From assembly GCA_963851265.1 (NCBI GenBank), contig CAWKNZ010000001.1:1-64000 (forward strand): 64,000 nucleotides of DNA. Direction: 5' to 3'. The notes under the pieces were generated by a model, which saw only the letters and a program-made list of their open reading frames with translations, did no database searches and was not told the DNA's origin. This document shows positions 54,854 through 64,000 of this stretch, one piece after another. The translations under genes were made by a program, and so were the position numbers. How positions within the stretch are numbered: the first letter of the stretch is position 1; each line of letters begins with the position of its first letter. Source of the stretch: an uncultured Gemmatimonadales bacterium. Its GTDB lineage: Bacteria > Gemmatimonadota > Gemmatimonadetes > Gemmatimonadales > Gemmatimonadaceae.

Positions 54854-55876
54854 ATGAACCCCTTCGACTACGAGCGCGCGACGAGCGTGGCGGGCGCGGT
54901 GGAGGCGCTCGTCGCCGACCCGCACGCGCACATCCTCGCCGGCGGCACCAACCTCGTCGACCTCATGAAGGCCGGCGTCGAACGGCCGCGCCGGCTGATC
55001 GACATCACGCGGCTGCCGGCGTTGGGCACGATCGATGAGCTGCCCGACGGCGGGCTCCGCGTGGGCGCGCTCGTGCTCAACAGCGACCTCGCGGCCGACC
55101 GGCGCGTGCGGGAGCGCTACCCGCTGCTGGCCGAGGCGCTGCTCGCGGCGGCCTCGCCCCAGCTGCGCAACCGCGCGACCACGGCGGGCAACATGCTGCA
55201 GCGCACGCGGTGCTCGTGGTTCTACGACCCGTCCACGCCGTGCAACAAGCGCCAGCCGGGCTCGGGTTGCTCGGCCATCGGCGGCGGGTACAACCGCTAC
55301 CACGCCGTGCTCGGCTGGAGCGAGCACTGCATCGCGGTGAACGCGTCGGACATGGCCGTAGCGCTGGCCGCGCTCGACGCGACCGTGGTGGCGGTGGGGC
55401 CGGGCGGCGAGCGGCGGATTCCGTTCGTCGAGTTCCACACGCTGCCGGGCGACCACCCCGAGCGCGACCACGTCCTGGAGCGCGGAGAGGTGATCACCGC
55501 GGTCGAGCTGCCCGCCGCGGCCGCCGGGCGGCGCGCGCGCTACGTGAAGGTCCGCGACCGCGCGTCGTACGCGTTCGCGGTGGTGTCGGTGGCCGCGGAG
55601 CTGGAGCTGGACGGCGACCCCGCGGCCGGCGGCACGGTGCGGCGCGCGCGCGTCGCGTTGGGCGGCGTGGCGCACAGGCCGTGGCGCGCGGCGCGCGCGG
55701 AGTCGGTGCTGGCCGGTGCGCCGGCCACGCGCGCGGTGTTCGAGCGGGCCGCCGACGCCGAGCTGGCGGACGCGCGGCCGGGCGGCGACAACGCGTTCAA
55801 GATCCCGCTCGCGCGCCGGACGCTCGTGCGCGCGCTCGCCGACCTGGCGGCGGACCCGGGCGCGCCGCGGAGCTGA
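54854..55876 (+). CDS. paoB: Aldehyde oxidoreductase FAD subunit, copy 1
   Basis: AGGTNLVDLMK, ASPQLRNRAT, QRTRC...CNKRQPGSGC, KVRDRASYAFA. Confidence 0.92.
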   Translation: MNPFDYERATSVAGAVEALVADPHAHILAGGTNLVDLMKAGVERPRRLIDITRLPALGTIDELPDGGLRVGALVLNSDLAADRRVRERYPLLAEALLAAASPQLRNRATTAGNMLQRTRCSWFYDPSTPCNKRQPGSGCSAIGGGYNRYHAVLGWSEHCIAVNASDMAVALAALDATVVAVGPGGERRIPFVEFHTLPGDHPERDHVLERGEVITAVELPAAAAGRRARYVKVRDRASYAFAVVSVAAELELDGDPAAGGTVRRARVALGGVAHRPWRAARAESVLAGAPATRAVFERAADAELADARPGGDNAFKIPLARRTLVRALADLAADPGAPRS

Positions 55877-55878
55877 CG

Positions 55879-58245
55879 GTGCCGCCCAACGACATCCGCC
55901 TCACGCCCCGCGCGCACGACGCGGCCGTCGACGCGCCCGCCGGCGCGGCCGTCGGCGCGCCCGCGGACCGCGTCGACGGCCGCGACAAGGTGACCGGCGC
56001 CGCGCGCTACTCCGCCGAGTTCCCGTTCGACGGCCTGCTCTACGGCGTGACCGTGGAGAGCAAGATCGCGCGGGGCCGGCTGGCCGCGGTGGACGCGTCG
56101 GCGGCGGAGCGCGCGCCGGGCGTGGTGCGCGTGTTCACCCACGAGAACGCGCGCACGATGCACCGCACCGAGCCCGACCCGTCGGAGCAGCGCTACAAGC
56201 GCCCGGTGCCGGCGCTGCAGGACGACGGCGTCCCGTTCAACGGCGCGTACGTCGCGCTCGTCGTCGCGCGCACGTTCGAGGAGGCGCGGCACGCGGCTGA
56301 CCTCGTCGCGGTCCGCTACGAAGCGGAGGCGCCGCACCTCGACTTCCGCGGCTCGCTCGGCGAGGCCAAGACGCCCGAGTCGATGCTCGGCGAGCCCCCG
56401 AAGCCCGACACGTCCAAAGGGCACTTCGCGTCGGCGTTCGAGGCGGCGCCGGTCAGGGTCGACGCGAACTACGAGACGCCCTACGAGCACAACAACCCGA
56501 TCGAGCCGCACGCGACCATCGCCGTGTGGAGCGACGACGAGCGCCTCACGCTCTACGACGCGACGCAGAGCGCGGACAACGCGCGCACCGCCGTGGCCCA
56601 AACGTTCGGGCTGCAGGAGGAGCAGGTGCGCGTCGTCTGCAAGTTCATCGGCGGCGGGTTCGGGTCGAAGGGCCAGACGTGGGGGCACGCCACGCTCGCC
56701 GCGATGGCGGCGATGGAGCTGAAGCGGCCGGTCAAGGTGGTCGTCGGGCGGCGCGAGATGTTCATGACCACGGGGCACCGCCCGGGCACGATCCAGCGTG
56801 TGCGGCTGGGCGCCGAGCCCGACGGCCGCCTCACGGCCATCGCGCACGACAGCTTCCTGCAGAACTCCGCGATCGACGAGTACTGCGAGGCGGTGGGCTC
56901 GACGACGCGCGTGATGTACGCCGCGGACCACCGCCAGACGACGCACCGCGTGGTGCCGCTCGACCTGCCCACGCCCAACATCATGCGCGCGCCGGGCGAG
57001 GCGCCGGGGAGCTTCGCGCTCGAGAGCGCGATGGACGAGCTGGCCGTCGCGTTAGGCATGGACCCGATCGCGCTGCGCGTCCGCAACGAGCCCGAGACCG
57101 ACCCCGAGAGCGGGCACCCGTTCTCGAGCCGGTCGCTCGTCGTGTGCCTGCGCGAGGGCGCCGAGCGCTTCGGGTGGGCGCGGCGCGACCCGCGGCCGCG
57201 GTCGATGCGCGACGGGCGAACGCTCGTCGGCTACGGCGTGGCCGCGTCCACCTACCCCGCGCGCACGCAGCCCTCCGAGGCCACGGTCACCGTGGACGCC
57301 GGCGGGCGCGCGCACGTGCGCACGGCGGCCACCGACATCGGCACGGGGACGTGGACGGTGCTGGCGCAGGTCGCGGCCGACGCGCTGGGCTTCCCGCTCG
57401 ACCGGGTGACGATCGAGATCGGCGACTCCGACCTGCCGAAGAGCGCGGGCTCCGGCGGCTCGCGCGCGGCGTCGAGCAACGGGTCGGCGGTGCACGACGC
57501 GTGCACCGCGATGCGCGCGCAGCTCGCCGCGCTGGCGCGGCACGACGCGCGCTCCCCGCTGCACCACGAGCCGCTGGACCGCATCCGGTTCCGCGGCGGG
57601 CGCGTGGAACACGCCGACGATCCGGCACGCGGTGAGCCGGCGGCCGCGCTGTTCGCGCGCAACGCCGGCGCCTTTCCGCTCCAGGCGCACGGCGCGCTCG
57701 GGCGGCGGCTGTCGTCGCGCACGCACGCCATGCACGCCTTCGGCGCGCAGTTCGCGGAGGTGGCCGTGGACGAGGACACCGGCGTGGTGCGACTCCGGCG
57801 CATGCTCGGCGTGTTCGCCTGCGGGCGCATCCTCAACGCCAAGACGGCGCGCTCGCAGCTGTTGGGCGCGATGGTGATGGGCGCGGGGATGGCGCTCATG
57901 GAGGAGTCGTACGTCGACGCGCGGTTCGGGCACTTCGTGAACCACGACCTCGCGGACTACCACGTGCCCGTGCAACTCGACATCGCGGCGATCGACGCGG
58001 CGTTCCTGCCTGAGCACGACGACAAGGTGAACCCGCTGGGGACCAAGGGCGTCGGCGAGATCGGCATCGTCGGGCCGGCCGCGGCGATCGCGAACGCGGT
58101 GTACCACGCGACCGGCGTGCGCGTGCGCGACCTGCCGATCACGATGGACAAGGTGCTCACGGGCATGGGAGTCGCCGCGCCCGGGACGGCAGGCGCGCCG
58201 GGGCTGTACGCGTCGACCGCGGATGGGCTTCACTCACGAGACTGA
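55879..58245 (+). CDS. paoC: Aldehyde oxidoreductase molybdopterin subunit, copy 1
   Basis: KVTGAARY, HNNPIEPHA, GGGFGSK, MRAPGE, DIGTG, KGVGEIGIVG. Confidence 0.92.
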   Translation: MPPNDIRLTPRAHDAAVDAPAGAAVGAPADRVDGRDKVTGAARYSAEFPFDGLLYGVTVESKIARGRLAAVDASAAERAPGVVRVFTHENARTMHRTEPDPSEQRYKRPVPALQDDGVPFNGAYVALVVARTFEEARHAADLVAVRYEAEAPHLDFRGSLGEAKTPESMLGEPPKPDTSKGHFASAFEAAPVRVDANYETPYEHNNPIEPHATIAVWSDDERLTLYDATQSADNARTAVAQTFGLQEEQVRVVCKFIGGGFGSKGQTWGHATLAAMAAMELKRPVKVVVGRREMFMTTGHRPGTIQRVRLGAEPDGRLTAIAHDSFLQNSAIDEYCEAVGSTTRVMYAADHRQTTHRVVPLDLPTPNIMRAPGEAPGSFALESAMDELAVALGMDPIALRVRNEPETDPESGHPFSSRSLVVCLREGAERFGWARRDPRPRSMRDGRTLVGYGVAASTYPARTQPSEATVTVDAGGRAHVRTAATDIGTGTWTVLAQVAADALGFPLDRVTIEIGDSDLPKSAGSGGSRAASSNGSAVHDACTAMRAQLAALARHDARSPLHHEPLDRIRFRGGRVEHADDPARGEPAAALFARNAGAFPLQAHGALGRRLSSRTHAMHAFGAQFAEVAVDEDTGVVRLRRMLGVFACGRILNAKTARSQLLGAMVMGAGMALMEESYVDARFGHFVNHDLADYHVPVQLDIAAIDAAFLPEHDDKVNPLGTKGVGEIGIVGPAAAIANAVYHATGVRVRDLPITMDKVLTGMGVAAPGTAGAPGLYASTADGLHSRD

Positions 58246-58253
58246 CGAGGAGC

Positions 58254-58856
58254 GTGGCGATGTCGATGGACGGGGAGAAAGACGGGACAAAGGAGCTGCT
58301 CGCCCGGGGGCTGGAGGTGGTGGGGGCGCACCAGCGGGGCGCCGTTGTGGCGGCCGCGAACAGCGGGCCCGTGCGGGACGCGGTCGCCGCGCTGTTCGCC
58401 CGCGCGCTGCGGCGGCTGTACGCCGCGCACCGGCAGGGAGGCGCGCAGGCGGCCGAGAACCGCGACCTGGCGTCGAACCCGGAGCTGAAGGCCGCGCTCG
58501 CGAAAGGCGTCGAGGAGAACGACGCACAGGTCGAGCGGCTGGAGCGCGTGTTCCGGTTCGCCGACCACGCGGTCGAGGGCACGCCGGACAGGGCGATGCA
58601 GGGCCTCGTCGACGACAACAAGGCGGCCAACGCCGCCCTGACCGACCCGGTGGCGCGCGACCAGCAGCTGATCGCCTCCGCGCAGCTGGCGGCGCATTAC
58701 TACCTCGCGAGCTACGGCACGCTGCACAGCTACGCCCGCACGCTCGGCAACGCCGATGCGGCGGACCTCTTGCAAGACACGCTCGACGAAACGGTTCGTG
58801 TTGACGAACGATTTACCGTGTTGGCTCACCACCTGCTGGTCGCGGCGGCGGGCTGA
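58254..58856 (+). CDS. DUF892/YciF ferritin-like protein, divergent
   Basis: LRRLYAAH, QVERLERVF, AMQGLV, RDQQLIASAQLAAHYYLASYGTL, LLQDTLDE. Confidence 0.75.
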   Translation: MAMSMDGEKDGTKELLARGLEVVGAHQRGAVVAAANSGPVRDAVAALFARALRRLYAAHRQGGAQAAENRDLASNPELKAALAKGVEENDAQVERLERVFRFADHAVEGTPDRAMQGLVDDNKAANAALTDPVARDQQLIASAQLAAHYYLASYGTLHSYARTLGNADAADLLQDTLDETVRVDERFTVLAHHLLVAAAG

Positions 58857-58884
58857 GGCTCCCCATTTTGTTCTGCGAGTGGCC

Positions 58885-60150
58885 ATGAACATCCCTGCAC
58901 CGTCCGTCGGCGGCGGTCGTCCGATCGGCGTCGGCGAGCCCGCCCCCGACTTTGCGCTCGCCGACGCGGCGGGGCACGCGCGCCGGCTGTCCGACCTGCG
59001 CGGGTCGCCGGTGGTGCTCGCGTTCCCCGCGCGCGCGGCCGAACCGTGGGACCCCGCGCGGGCCGAGTACGTCGACGCCTACAACCGGCTCGTCGCGCGG
59101 ATGCCGGGGGGCGCCGGGGCCCGACTGCTGCGGGTGGGCGGCGGGGGCGACGCGTGGCGCGAGCTGACGTTCGCCGGCGATGGGGACGGCGGCGCGAGCG
59201 CGGTGTCGATCCCCGTCGTCGCGCAGGACGACGCCGCGGTCGCGGCGGCGTACGGCGTCGCCGGCGGCGCGGCGGTGTTCGTGCTCGACGAGGCGGGCAC
59301 GGTGCGCTGGCGCTCGGGCGACCCGGCGGCCGACGCGTTGGGCGGCACGCTGCCGCACCCCGACGAGGTGGCCGCGGCCCTCGCCGCACTCGCGCCGAAG
59401 GAGGACGCGGCGGCGGGCGCGGCGGAGACCGCAGATCGCGAGTCGGCCGGATGGAGCCGGCGCGCGTTCGTCGCGACGCTGTTCGGCGCGAGCGTCGCGC
59501 TCGTGCTGGTGCCGGGTCGGGCGCGGGCGGCGGCGCCGGGTGCGGCGCGCGATGCCGCCGCGGACCGCGCGATGGACCGTGCCGTCGGCACCGCGATGCC
59601 GGTCACGCTGCACGTGAACGGGCGCGACCTCGCGCTGCAGCTGGAGCCGCGCGTGACGCTGCTCGACGCGCTCCGCGAGTACGCCGGCCTCACGGGTACC
59701 AAGAAGGGGTGCGGGCACGGCCAGTGCGGCGCGTGCACCGTCCACGTCGAGGGGCGGCGCGTGCTCTCGTGCATGTCGCTCGCGGTGATGCAGCAGGGCA
59801 AGGCGATCACGACGATCGAGGGGCTCGCGCCGGTGGCGCTCGCCGAGGCCGCCGCGCCCAAGCCCGAGGCGGGGCAGAGTCCGGGCGTGCTGCACCCCAT
59901 GCAGCAGGCCTTCCTGACGCACGACGGCTACCAGTGCGGCTACTGCACGTCGGGGCAGATCATGTCGGCGGTCGCGGTCCTGCGCGAGCCCTGGGGACCG
60001 GGCGACGACGACGTGCGCGAGGCGATGAGCGGCAACATCTGTCGGTGCGGGGCGTACCCGGGCATCGTCGCCGCCATTCAGGAGGTGCGCGGGCACACGG
60101 CGATGCGCACGAGTTCGAACGCGAGCCCGATGCAGCCCTTCGACGCATGA
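58885..60150 (+). CDS. Fusion of an AhpC/TSA-like domain, an internal Tat motif and a PaoA-type 2Fe-2S subunit (copy 2)
   Basis: VGEPAPDFAL...LSDLRGSPVVLAF...AVFVLDEAGTVRW, then WSRRAFVATL, then GCGHGQCGACT and CGYC...CRC. Confidence 0.85.
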   Translation: MNIPAPSVGGGRPIGVGEPAPDFALADAAGHARRLSDLRGSPVVLAFPARAAEPWDPARAEYVDAYNRLVARMPGGAGARLLRVGGGGDAWRELTFAGDGDGGASAVSIPVVAQDDAAVAAAYGVAGGAAVFVLDEAGTVRWRSGDPAADALGGTLPHPDEVAAALAALAPKEDAAAGAAETADRESAGWSRRAFVATLFGASVALVLVPGRARAAAPGAARDAAADRAMDRAVGTAMPVTLHVNGRDLALQLEPRVTLLDALREYAGLTGTKKGCGHGQCGACTVHVEGRRVLSCMSLAVMQQGKAITTIEGLAPVALAEAAAPKPEAGQSPGVLHPMQQAFLTHDGYQCGYCTSGQIMSAVAVLREPWGPGDDDVREAMSGNICRCGAYPGIVAAIQEVRGHTAMRTSSNASPMQPFDA

Positions 60151-61142
60151 ACAACTTCGACTACGTGGTCGCCGCCGACCTGGACGCCGCCACCCGCGCG
60201 GGCGCGGTGCAGGGCACGCGCTTCATCGCCGGCGGCACCAACCTCGTCGACCTGATGCAGCTCGGCGTCGAGGCGCCGGCGCACGTGGTCGACGTGAACG
60301 CCCTCGCGGCGCGCGACCCGTCGCTCGCGGCGATCACGATCCTGCCCGACGGCGGCATGCGCCTCGGCGCGCTCGCCCGGATGAGCGACACGGGATGGGA
60401 CGCGCGCGTGCGCGAGCGCTACCCCGCGGTGAGCGAGGCACTGCTGCTGGCCGCGTCGGGGCAGATCCGCAACATGGCGACGTTGGGCGGCAACGTGCTG
60501 CAGCGCACGCGCTGCCCGTACTTCCGCGACACGGGCACGCCATGCAACAAGCGCGAGCCCGGCTCCGGCTGCCCGTCGATTCCGGGGCACAACCGCGAGA
60601 ACGCCGTGCTCGGCACGAGCAAGCACTGCATCGCGACGTACGCCTCGGACTTCGCCATCGCCCTGGCGGCGTTCGACGCGACCGTGCACGTGCGGACGCC
60701 CGAGGGCACCGACCGCACGATCGCCTTCACCGAGTTCCACCTCACGCCCGGTGACCACCCCGAGCGCGAGCACGTGTTGCGGCCGGGCGAGTTGATCACC
60801 GCGTACGACCTGCCGCCCCTCACCGCCGCGCGGCGTTCGACGTACCGCAAGGTGCGCGACCGCGCGAGCTACGCCTACGCGCTCGTGTCGACCGCGGTCG
60901 CGCTCGACGTGCAGGGCGGCACCGTCCGCGACGCGCGCATCGCCCTGGGCGGGCTGGCCACCAAACCCTGGCGTGCGCGCGACGCGGAGCGGGCACTGGT
61001 GGGCCGCCCCGCGACCGAGGCGAGCTACCGCGCCGCGGCCGAGGTGGCGCTCAAGGGCGCGGTGCCCCAGAGCGAAAACGCGTTCAAGATCGAGCTGGCC
61101 AAGCGCACCATCGTGCGCGCGCTGACGGAGGTGTCGGCATGA
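60147..61142 (+). CDS. paoB: Aldehyde oxidoreductase FAD subunit, copy 2
   Basis: IAGGTNLVDLM, ASGQIRNMAT, QRTRCPYF...CNKREPGSGC, KVRDRASY. Confidence 0.92.
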   Translation: MNNFDYVVAADLDAATRAGAVQGTRFIAGGTNLVDLMQLGVEAPAHVVDVNALAARDPSLAAITILPDGGMRLGALARMSDTGWDARVRERYPAVSEALLLAASGQIRNMATLGGNVLQRTRCPYFRDTGTPCNKREPGSGCPSIPGHNRENAVLGTSKHCIATYASDFAIALAAFDATVHVRTPEGTDRTIAFTEFHLTPGDHPEREHVLRPGELITAYDLPPLTAARRSTYRKVRDRASYAYALVSTAVALDVQGGTVRDARIALGGLATKPWRARDAERALVGRPATEASYRAAAEVALKGAVPQSENAFKIELAKRTIVRALTEVSA

Positions 61143-63370
61143 AGAAGGGAGCCCCGGAGGGGCCGAGCATCGGCGCACCGATCGACCGCGTCGACGGCCA
61201 CCTCAAGGTCACGGGCGGCGCACGCTACTCGGCCGAGATGCCCGTCGAACACGTCGCGTACGCGGTGATGGTGACCAGCACCATCGCGCGCGGCCGCGTG
61301 CGGAGCGCGGATACCGCCGCGGCCGAGCGCGCCCAGGGCGTGCTCGCCGTCTACACGCCGGCCAACGCGCCCAAGCTGCCCACGTCGGACAAGGCACTGC
61401 TCAAGCCGCCCGAGGGACGCAAGCTCACGACGCTGCAGGACGACCGGGTCTACTACAACGGGCAGCCGGTCGGGCTCGTCGTGGCCGACACGCTCGAGCA
61501 CGCGATGGCCGCGGCCGAGCTCGTGCGCTTCACGTACGACGCCGAGCGCCCGGAGCTGGACATGGCGACCGCGCCGCGCGGCCAGACGAACAACGGCCGG
61601 CCGGGCGGCAACGAGCCACCATCGTCCAACCGCGGCGACGTCGACGCGGGGCTCGCGGCCGCGGCCGTGCGCCTCGACCACACGTACACGACGCCCATCG
61701 AGCAGCACAACCCGATGGAGCTGCACGCGACGCTGTCGGTGTGGAACGGCGACCACCTCACGCTCTACGACGCGACGCAGGGCATCTTCGGCGTGCGCAA
61801 CACGGTCGCCAAGGCGTTCCAACTGCCGCCCGAGAACGTGCGCGTGGTGTCGTACTTCGTCGGCGGCGGCTTCGGTTCCAAGGGCTCGGCGTGGTCGCAC
61901 GTGCTGCTCTCGGCGCTCGCCGCCAAACAGCTCGACCGGCCGGTGAAGCTGGTCGTCTCGCGGAAGCAGATGTTCGGCCCCGTGGGCGCGCGGCCGCGCA
62001 CCGTACAGCGCGTCCAGCTGGGCGCGATGCGTGACGGACAGCTGACGGCGCTGCGGCACGTGAGCACGTCCAACACGTCGATGCTCGAGGACTGGCTCGA
62101 GCCCTCGGCGGTGTCGACGCGCATCCTGTACGCGGTGCCCAACTGCCAGACCGACCACGTGCTGGCCCGCCTCAACGTGGGGACGCCCACGTTCATGCGC
62201 GCGCCCGGCGAGGCGAGCGGCACGTTCGCCGTCGAGAGCGCGATGGACGAGCTGTCGTACGCGCTGCAGATGGACCCGGTCGCGCTCCGGCTCCGCAACT
62301 ACGCCGAGCAGGACCCCGAGAGCCACAAGCCGTGGTCGAGCAAGTCGCTGCGGCAGTGTTACCACGAGGGGATGGAGCGCTTCGGCTGGTCGCGGCGCAC
62401 GCCGCAGCCGCGCTCGATGACCGACGGACGGTGGCTCGTCGGCTACGGCATGGCCACGGCCACGTACCCGGCGCGGCGCGGCAAGGCACAGGCGCTCGCG
62501 CGCATCTTCCCCGACGGGCGCGGCTGGGTGCTGGCCGGCTCGCAGGACATCGGCACCGGCACGTACACGGTGATGACGCAGATCGCCGCCGACGGGCTGG
62601 GCCTCCCGCCCGAGCGCGTGCGCTTCGAACTCGGCGACACCACCATGCCCGAGAACCCCGGGTCGGGCGGCTCGCGCACGGCGGCGTCCACCGGGTCGGC
62701 GGTGCAGGCGGCGGCGCAGGGCGCGCGACGCGCGGCGGTCCGCATGGCGATCAACGACGCGGCGTCGCCGCTGCACGCCGCCAGGGAGGACGACGTGCGC
62801 GTGACCGACGGGCGCATGCACCTCGCCTCCAACCCGAGCGTGGGCGAGACGTACGCCCAGCTCATCGCCCGCAACGGCAACCAGCCGATCGAGGCGCTCG
62901 AGACCGCACAGCCGGGCGACGAGACCAAGCAGTACTCGATGCACTCGTTCGGCGCGGTGTTCACCGAGGTGCGCGTCGACCGCGACCTCGGCGAGATCCG
63001 CATCCCGCGCGTGGTGGGCGTGTACGGCGTGGGCAACCGCCTGAACGCGAAGACGGCGCAGAGCCAGCTCATCGGCGGCATCGTCTTCGGCATCGGGATG
63101 GCGCTCATGGAGGAGGTGCACGTCGACCCGCACTCGGGTCGCTACGTGAACTCCGACCTCGCCAACTACCACGTGCCGGTGAACGCCGACGTGCACGCGA
63201 TCGACGTGCACTTCGTCGACGAACAGGACCCATACGTGAACCCGTTAGGCATCAAGGGGATCGGCGAGATCGGCATCACCGGGCTGTCGGCGGCGATCGC
63301 CAACGCCGTGTACCACGCCACGGGCAGGCGGATCCGCGACCTGCCGCTGACGCCCGACAAGCTGATCTAG
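61139..63370 (+). CDS. paoC: Aldehyde oxidoreductase molybdopterin subunit, copy 2
   Basis: KVTGGARY, HNPMELHA, GGGFGSK, MRAPGE, KGIGEIGITG. Confidence 0.92.
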   Translation: MKKGAPEGPSIGAPIDRVDGHLKVTGGARYSAEMPVEHVAYAVMVTSTIARGRVRSADTAAAERAQGVLAVYTPANAPKLPTSDKALLKPPEGRKLTTLQDDRVYYNGQPVGLVVADTLEHAMAAAELVRFTYDAERPELDMATAPRGQTNNGRPGGNEPPSSNRGDVDAGLAAAAVRLDHTYTTPIEQHNPMELHATLSVWNGDHLTLYDATQGIFGVRNTVAKAFQLPPENVRVVSYFVGGGFGSKGSAWSHVLLSALAAKQLDRPVKLVVSRKQMFGPVGARPRTVQRVQLGAMRDGQLTALRHVSTSNTSMLEDWLEPSAVSTRILYAVPNCQTDHVLARLNVGTPTFMRAPGEASGTFAVESAMDELSYALQMDPVALRLRNYAEQDPESHKPWSSKSLRQCYHEGMERFGWSRRTPQPRSMTDGRWLVGYGMATATYPARRGKAQALARIFPDGRGWVLAGSQDIGTGTYTVMTQIAADGLGLPPERVRFELGDTTMPENPGSGGSRTAASTGSAVQAAAQGARRAAVRMAINDAASPLHAAREDDVRVTDGRMHLASNPSVGETYAQLIARNGNQPIEALETAQPGDETKQYSMHSFGAVFTEVRVDRDLGEIRIPRVVGVYGVGNRLNAKTAQSQLIGGIVFGIGMALMEEVHVDPHSGRYVNSDLANYHVPVNADVHAIDVHFVDEQDPYVNPLGIKGIGEIGITGLSAAIANAVYHATGRRIRDLPLTPDKLI

Positions 63371-63397
63371 CGCGGCGGCCCGCCCGCGTGACCGACC

Positions 63398-64000
63398 GTG
63401 AGTGACCAACGCAGGGTGGTCGCCGAGCTGGCCGAGCTGGCCGAGCGCGGCGACCCGGTGGTGCTGGCGAGCGTGGTGCGCGTGGTCGGCGCCGCCTACC
63501 GCGGCGTGGGCGCGCGCATGCTCGTCCGCGCCGACGGCAGCACGGTCGGCATGGTGAGCGCGGGGTGCCTCGAGGCCGACCTCGTCGCGCACGCCGCGCG
63601 CGTGCGGGCGGCGGGCGAGGCCGCGCTCGTCACCTACAACAACGACGCGGGCGAGGACGTGGTCTGGGGCCTCGGGCTCGGCTGTGACGGCACGGTCGAG
63701 GTGCTGCTGGAGCCGCTCGCCCCCGCGCGCGCCGCCTCGCTCGCCGCGCTGCTCGAACGCGCGCTCGCCGGCGACGAGCCGGCCCCGCTCGCCACGGTGG
63801 TGCGCACGTCGCGCTCCGATCCGCCCGACGGCGCCTCGGCCGACGGCGCGCCGGAGGTCGGGGCGCGCGTGCTCGTCACGCCCGACGGCCCGCGCTGCGA
63901 CGGCGCGTGGGGCGACGGCGCGGTGCTCGCGCGCGTGCTCGCCGACGTGAGCGCGTCCCCGACCACGCTCGACGTGGGCGGCGTGCGGATCGCGGTCGAG
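63398..64000 (+). CDS. XdhC/CoxI molybdenum-cofactor chaperone, runs off the window
   Basis: My translation: VVLASVVRVVGAAYRGVGARMLV...GMVSAGCLEADL...WGLGLGCDGTVEVLLEP. Confidence 0.9.
   Translation, partial: MSDQRRVVAELAELAERGDPVVLASVVRVVGAAYRGVGARMLVRADGSTVGMVSAGCLEADLVAHAARVRAAGEAALVTYNNDAGEDVVWGLGLGCDGTVEVLLEPLAPARAASLAALLERALAGDEPAPLATVVRTSRSDPPDGASADGAPEVGARVLVTPDGPRCDGAWGDGAVLARVLADVSASPTTLDVGGVRIAVE

Noticed and set aside
55210..55878. Long N-terminal extensions in the ORF track (paoC, CHAT, hisD, bestrophin, kinase)
   Set aside because: They overlap neighbouring real genes. Homology motifs and start signals begin at the shorter starts given.

Overview
The window has two parts. (1) Bases ~1-8,900 are a frameshift-rich genomic-island end. 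It holds a copper cassette (exported protein, copC, copD-cytochrome c fusion, SCO, half a Ca/Na exchanger), a Tn3 transposase fragment cut by an IS3-family element, a P4-type tyrosine integrase and an atypical tRNA-Ser that is the likely integration site. (2) Bases ~9,000-64,000 are clean, very GC-rich chromosome, possibly Gemmatimonadota (my inference from gene style, not verified). This part covers the replication origin (dnaN-oriC-dnaA-rpmH-rnpA-yidD-yidC), a TPR-CHAT protease near an ECF sigma/zinc anti-sigma pair, murB, an M16 peptidase pair, a split his operon with a toxin-like two-gene insert, HU, plastocyanin, uvsE, a PAS kinase and two tandem PaoABC-type molybdoenzyme clusters. The strongest unexplained signal is a non-palindromic octamer, YGTTAGGC, found at least 16 times in the host part. 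Most copies sit in genes through the otherwise avoided TTA codon, which suggests a genome-wide DNA motif under selection. Other highlights are a membrane-anchored caspase-like protease possibly linked to the sigma/anti-sigma pair, a redoxin-fold/internal-Tat/2Fe-2S fusion, recurrent leaderless-type -10 boxes and helically phased DnaA boxes. All calls come from reading the sequence; no searches were run.
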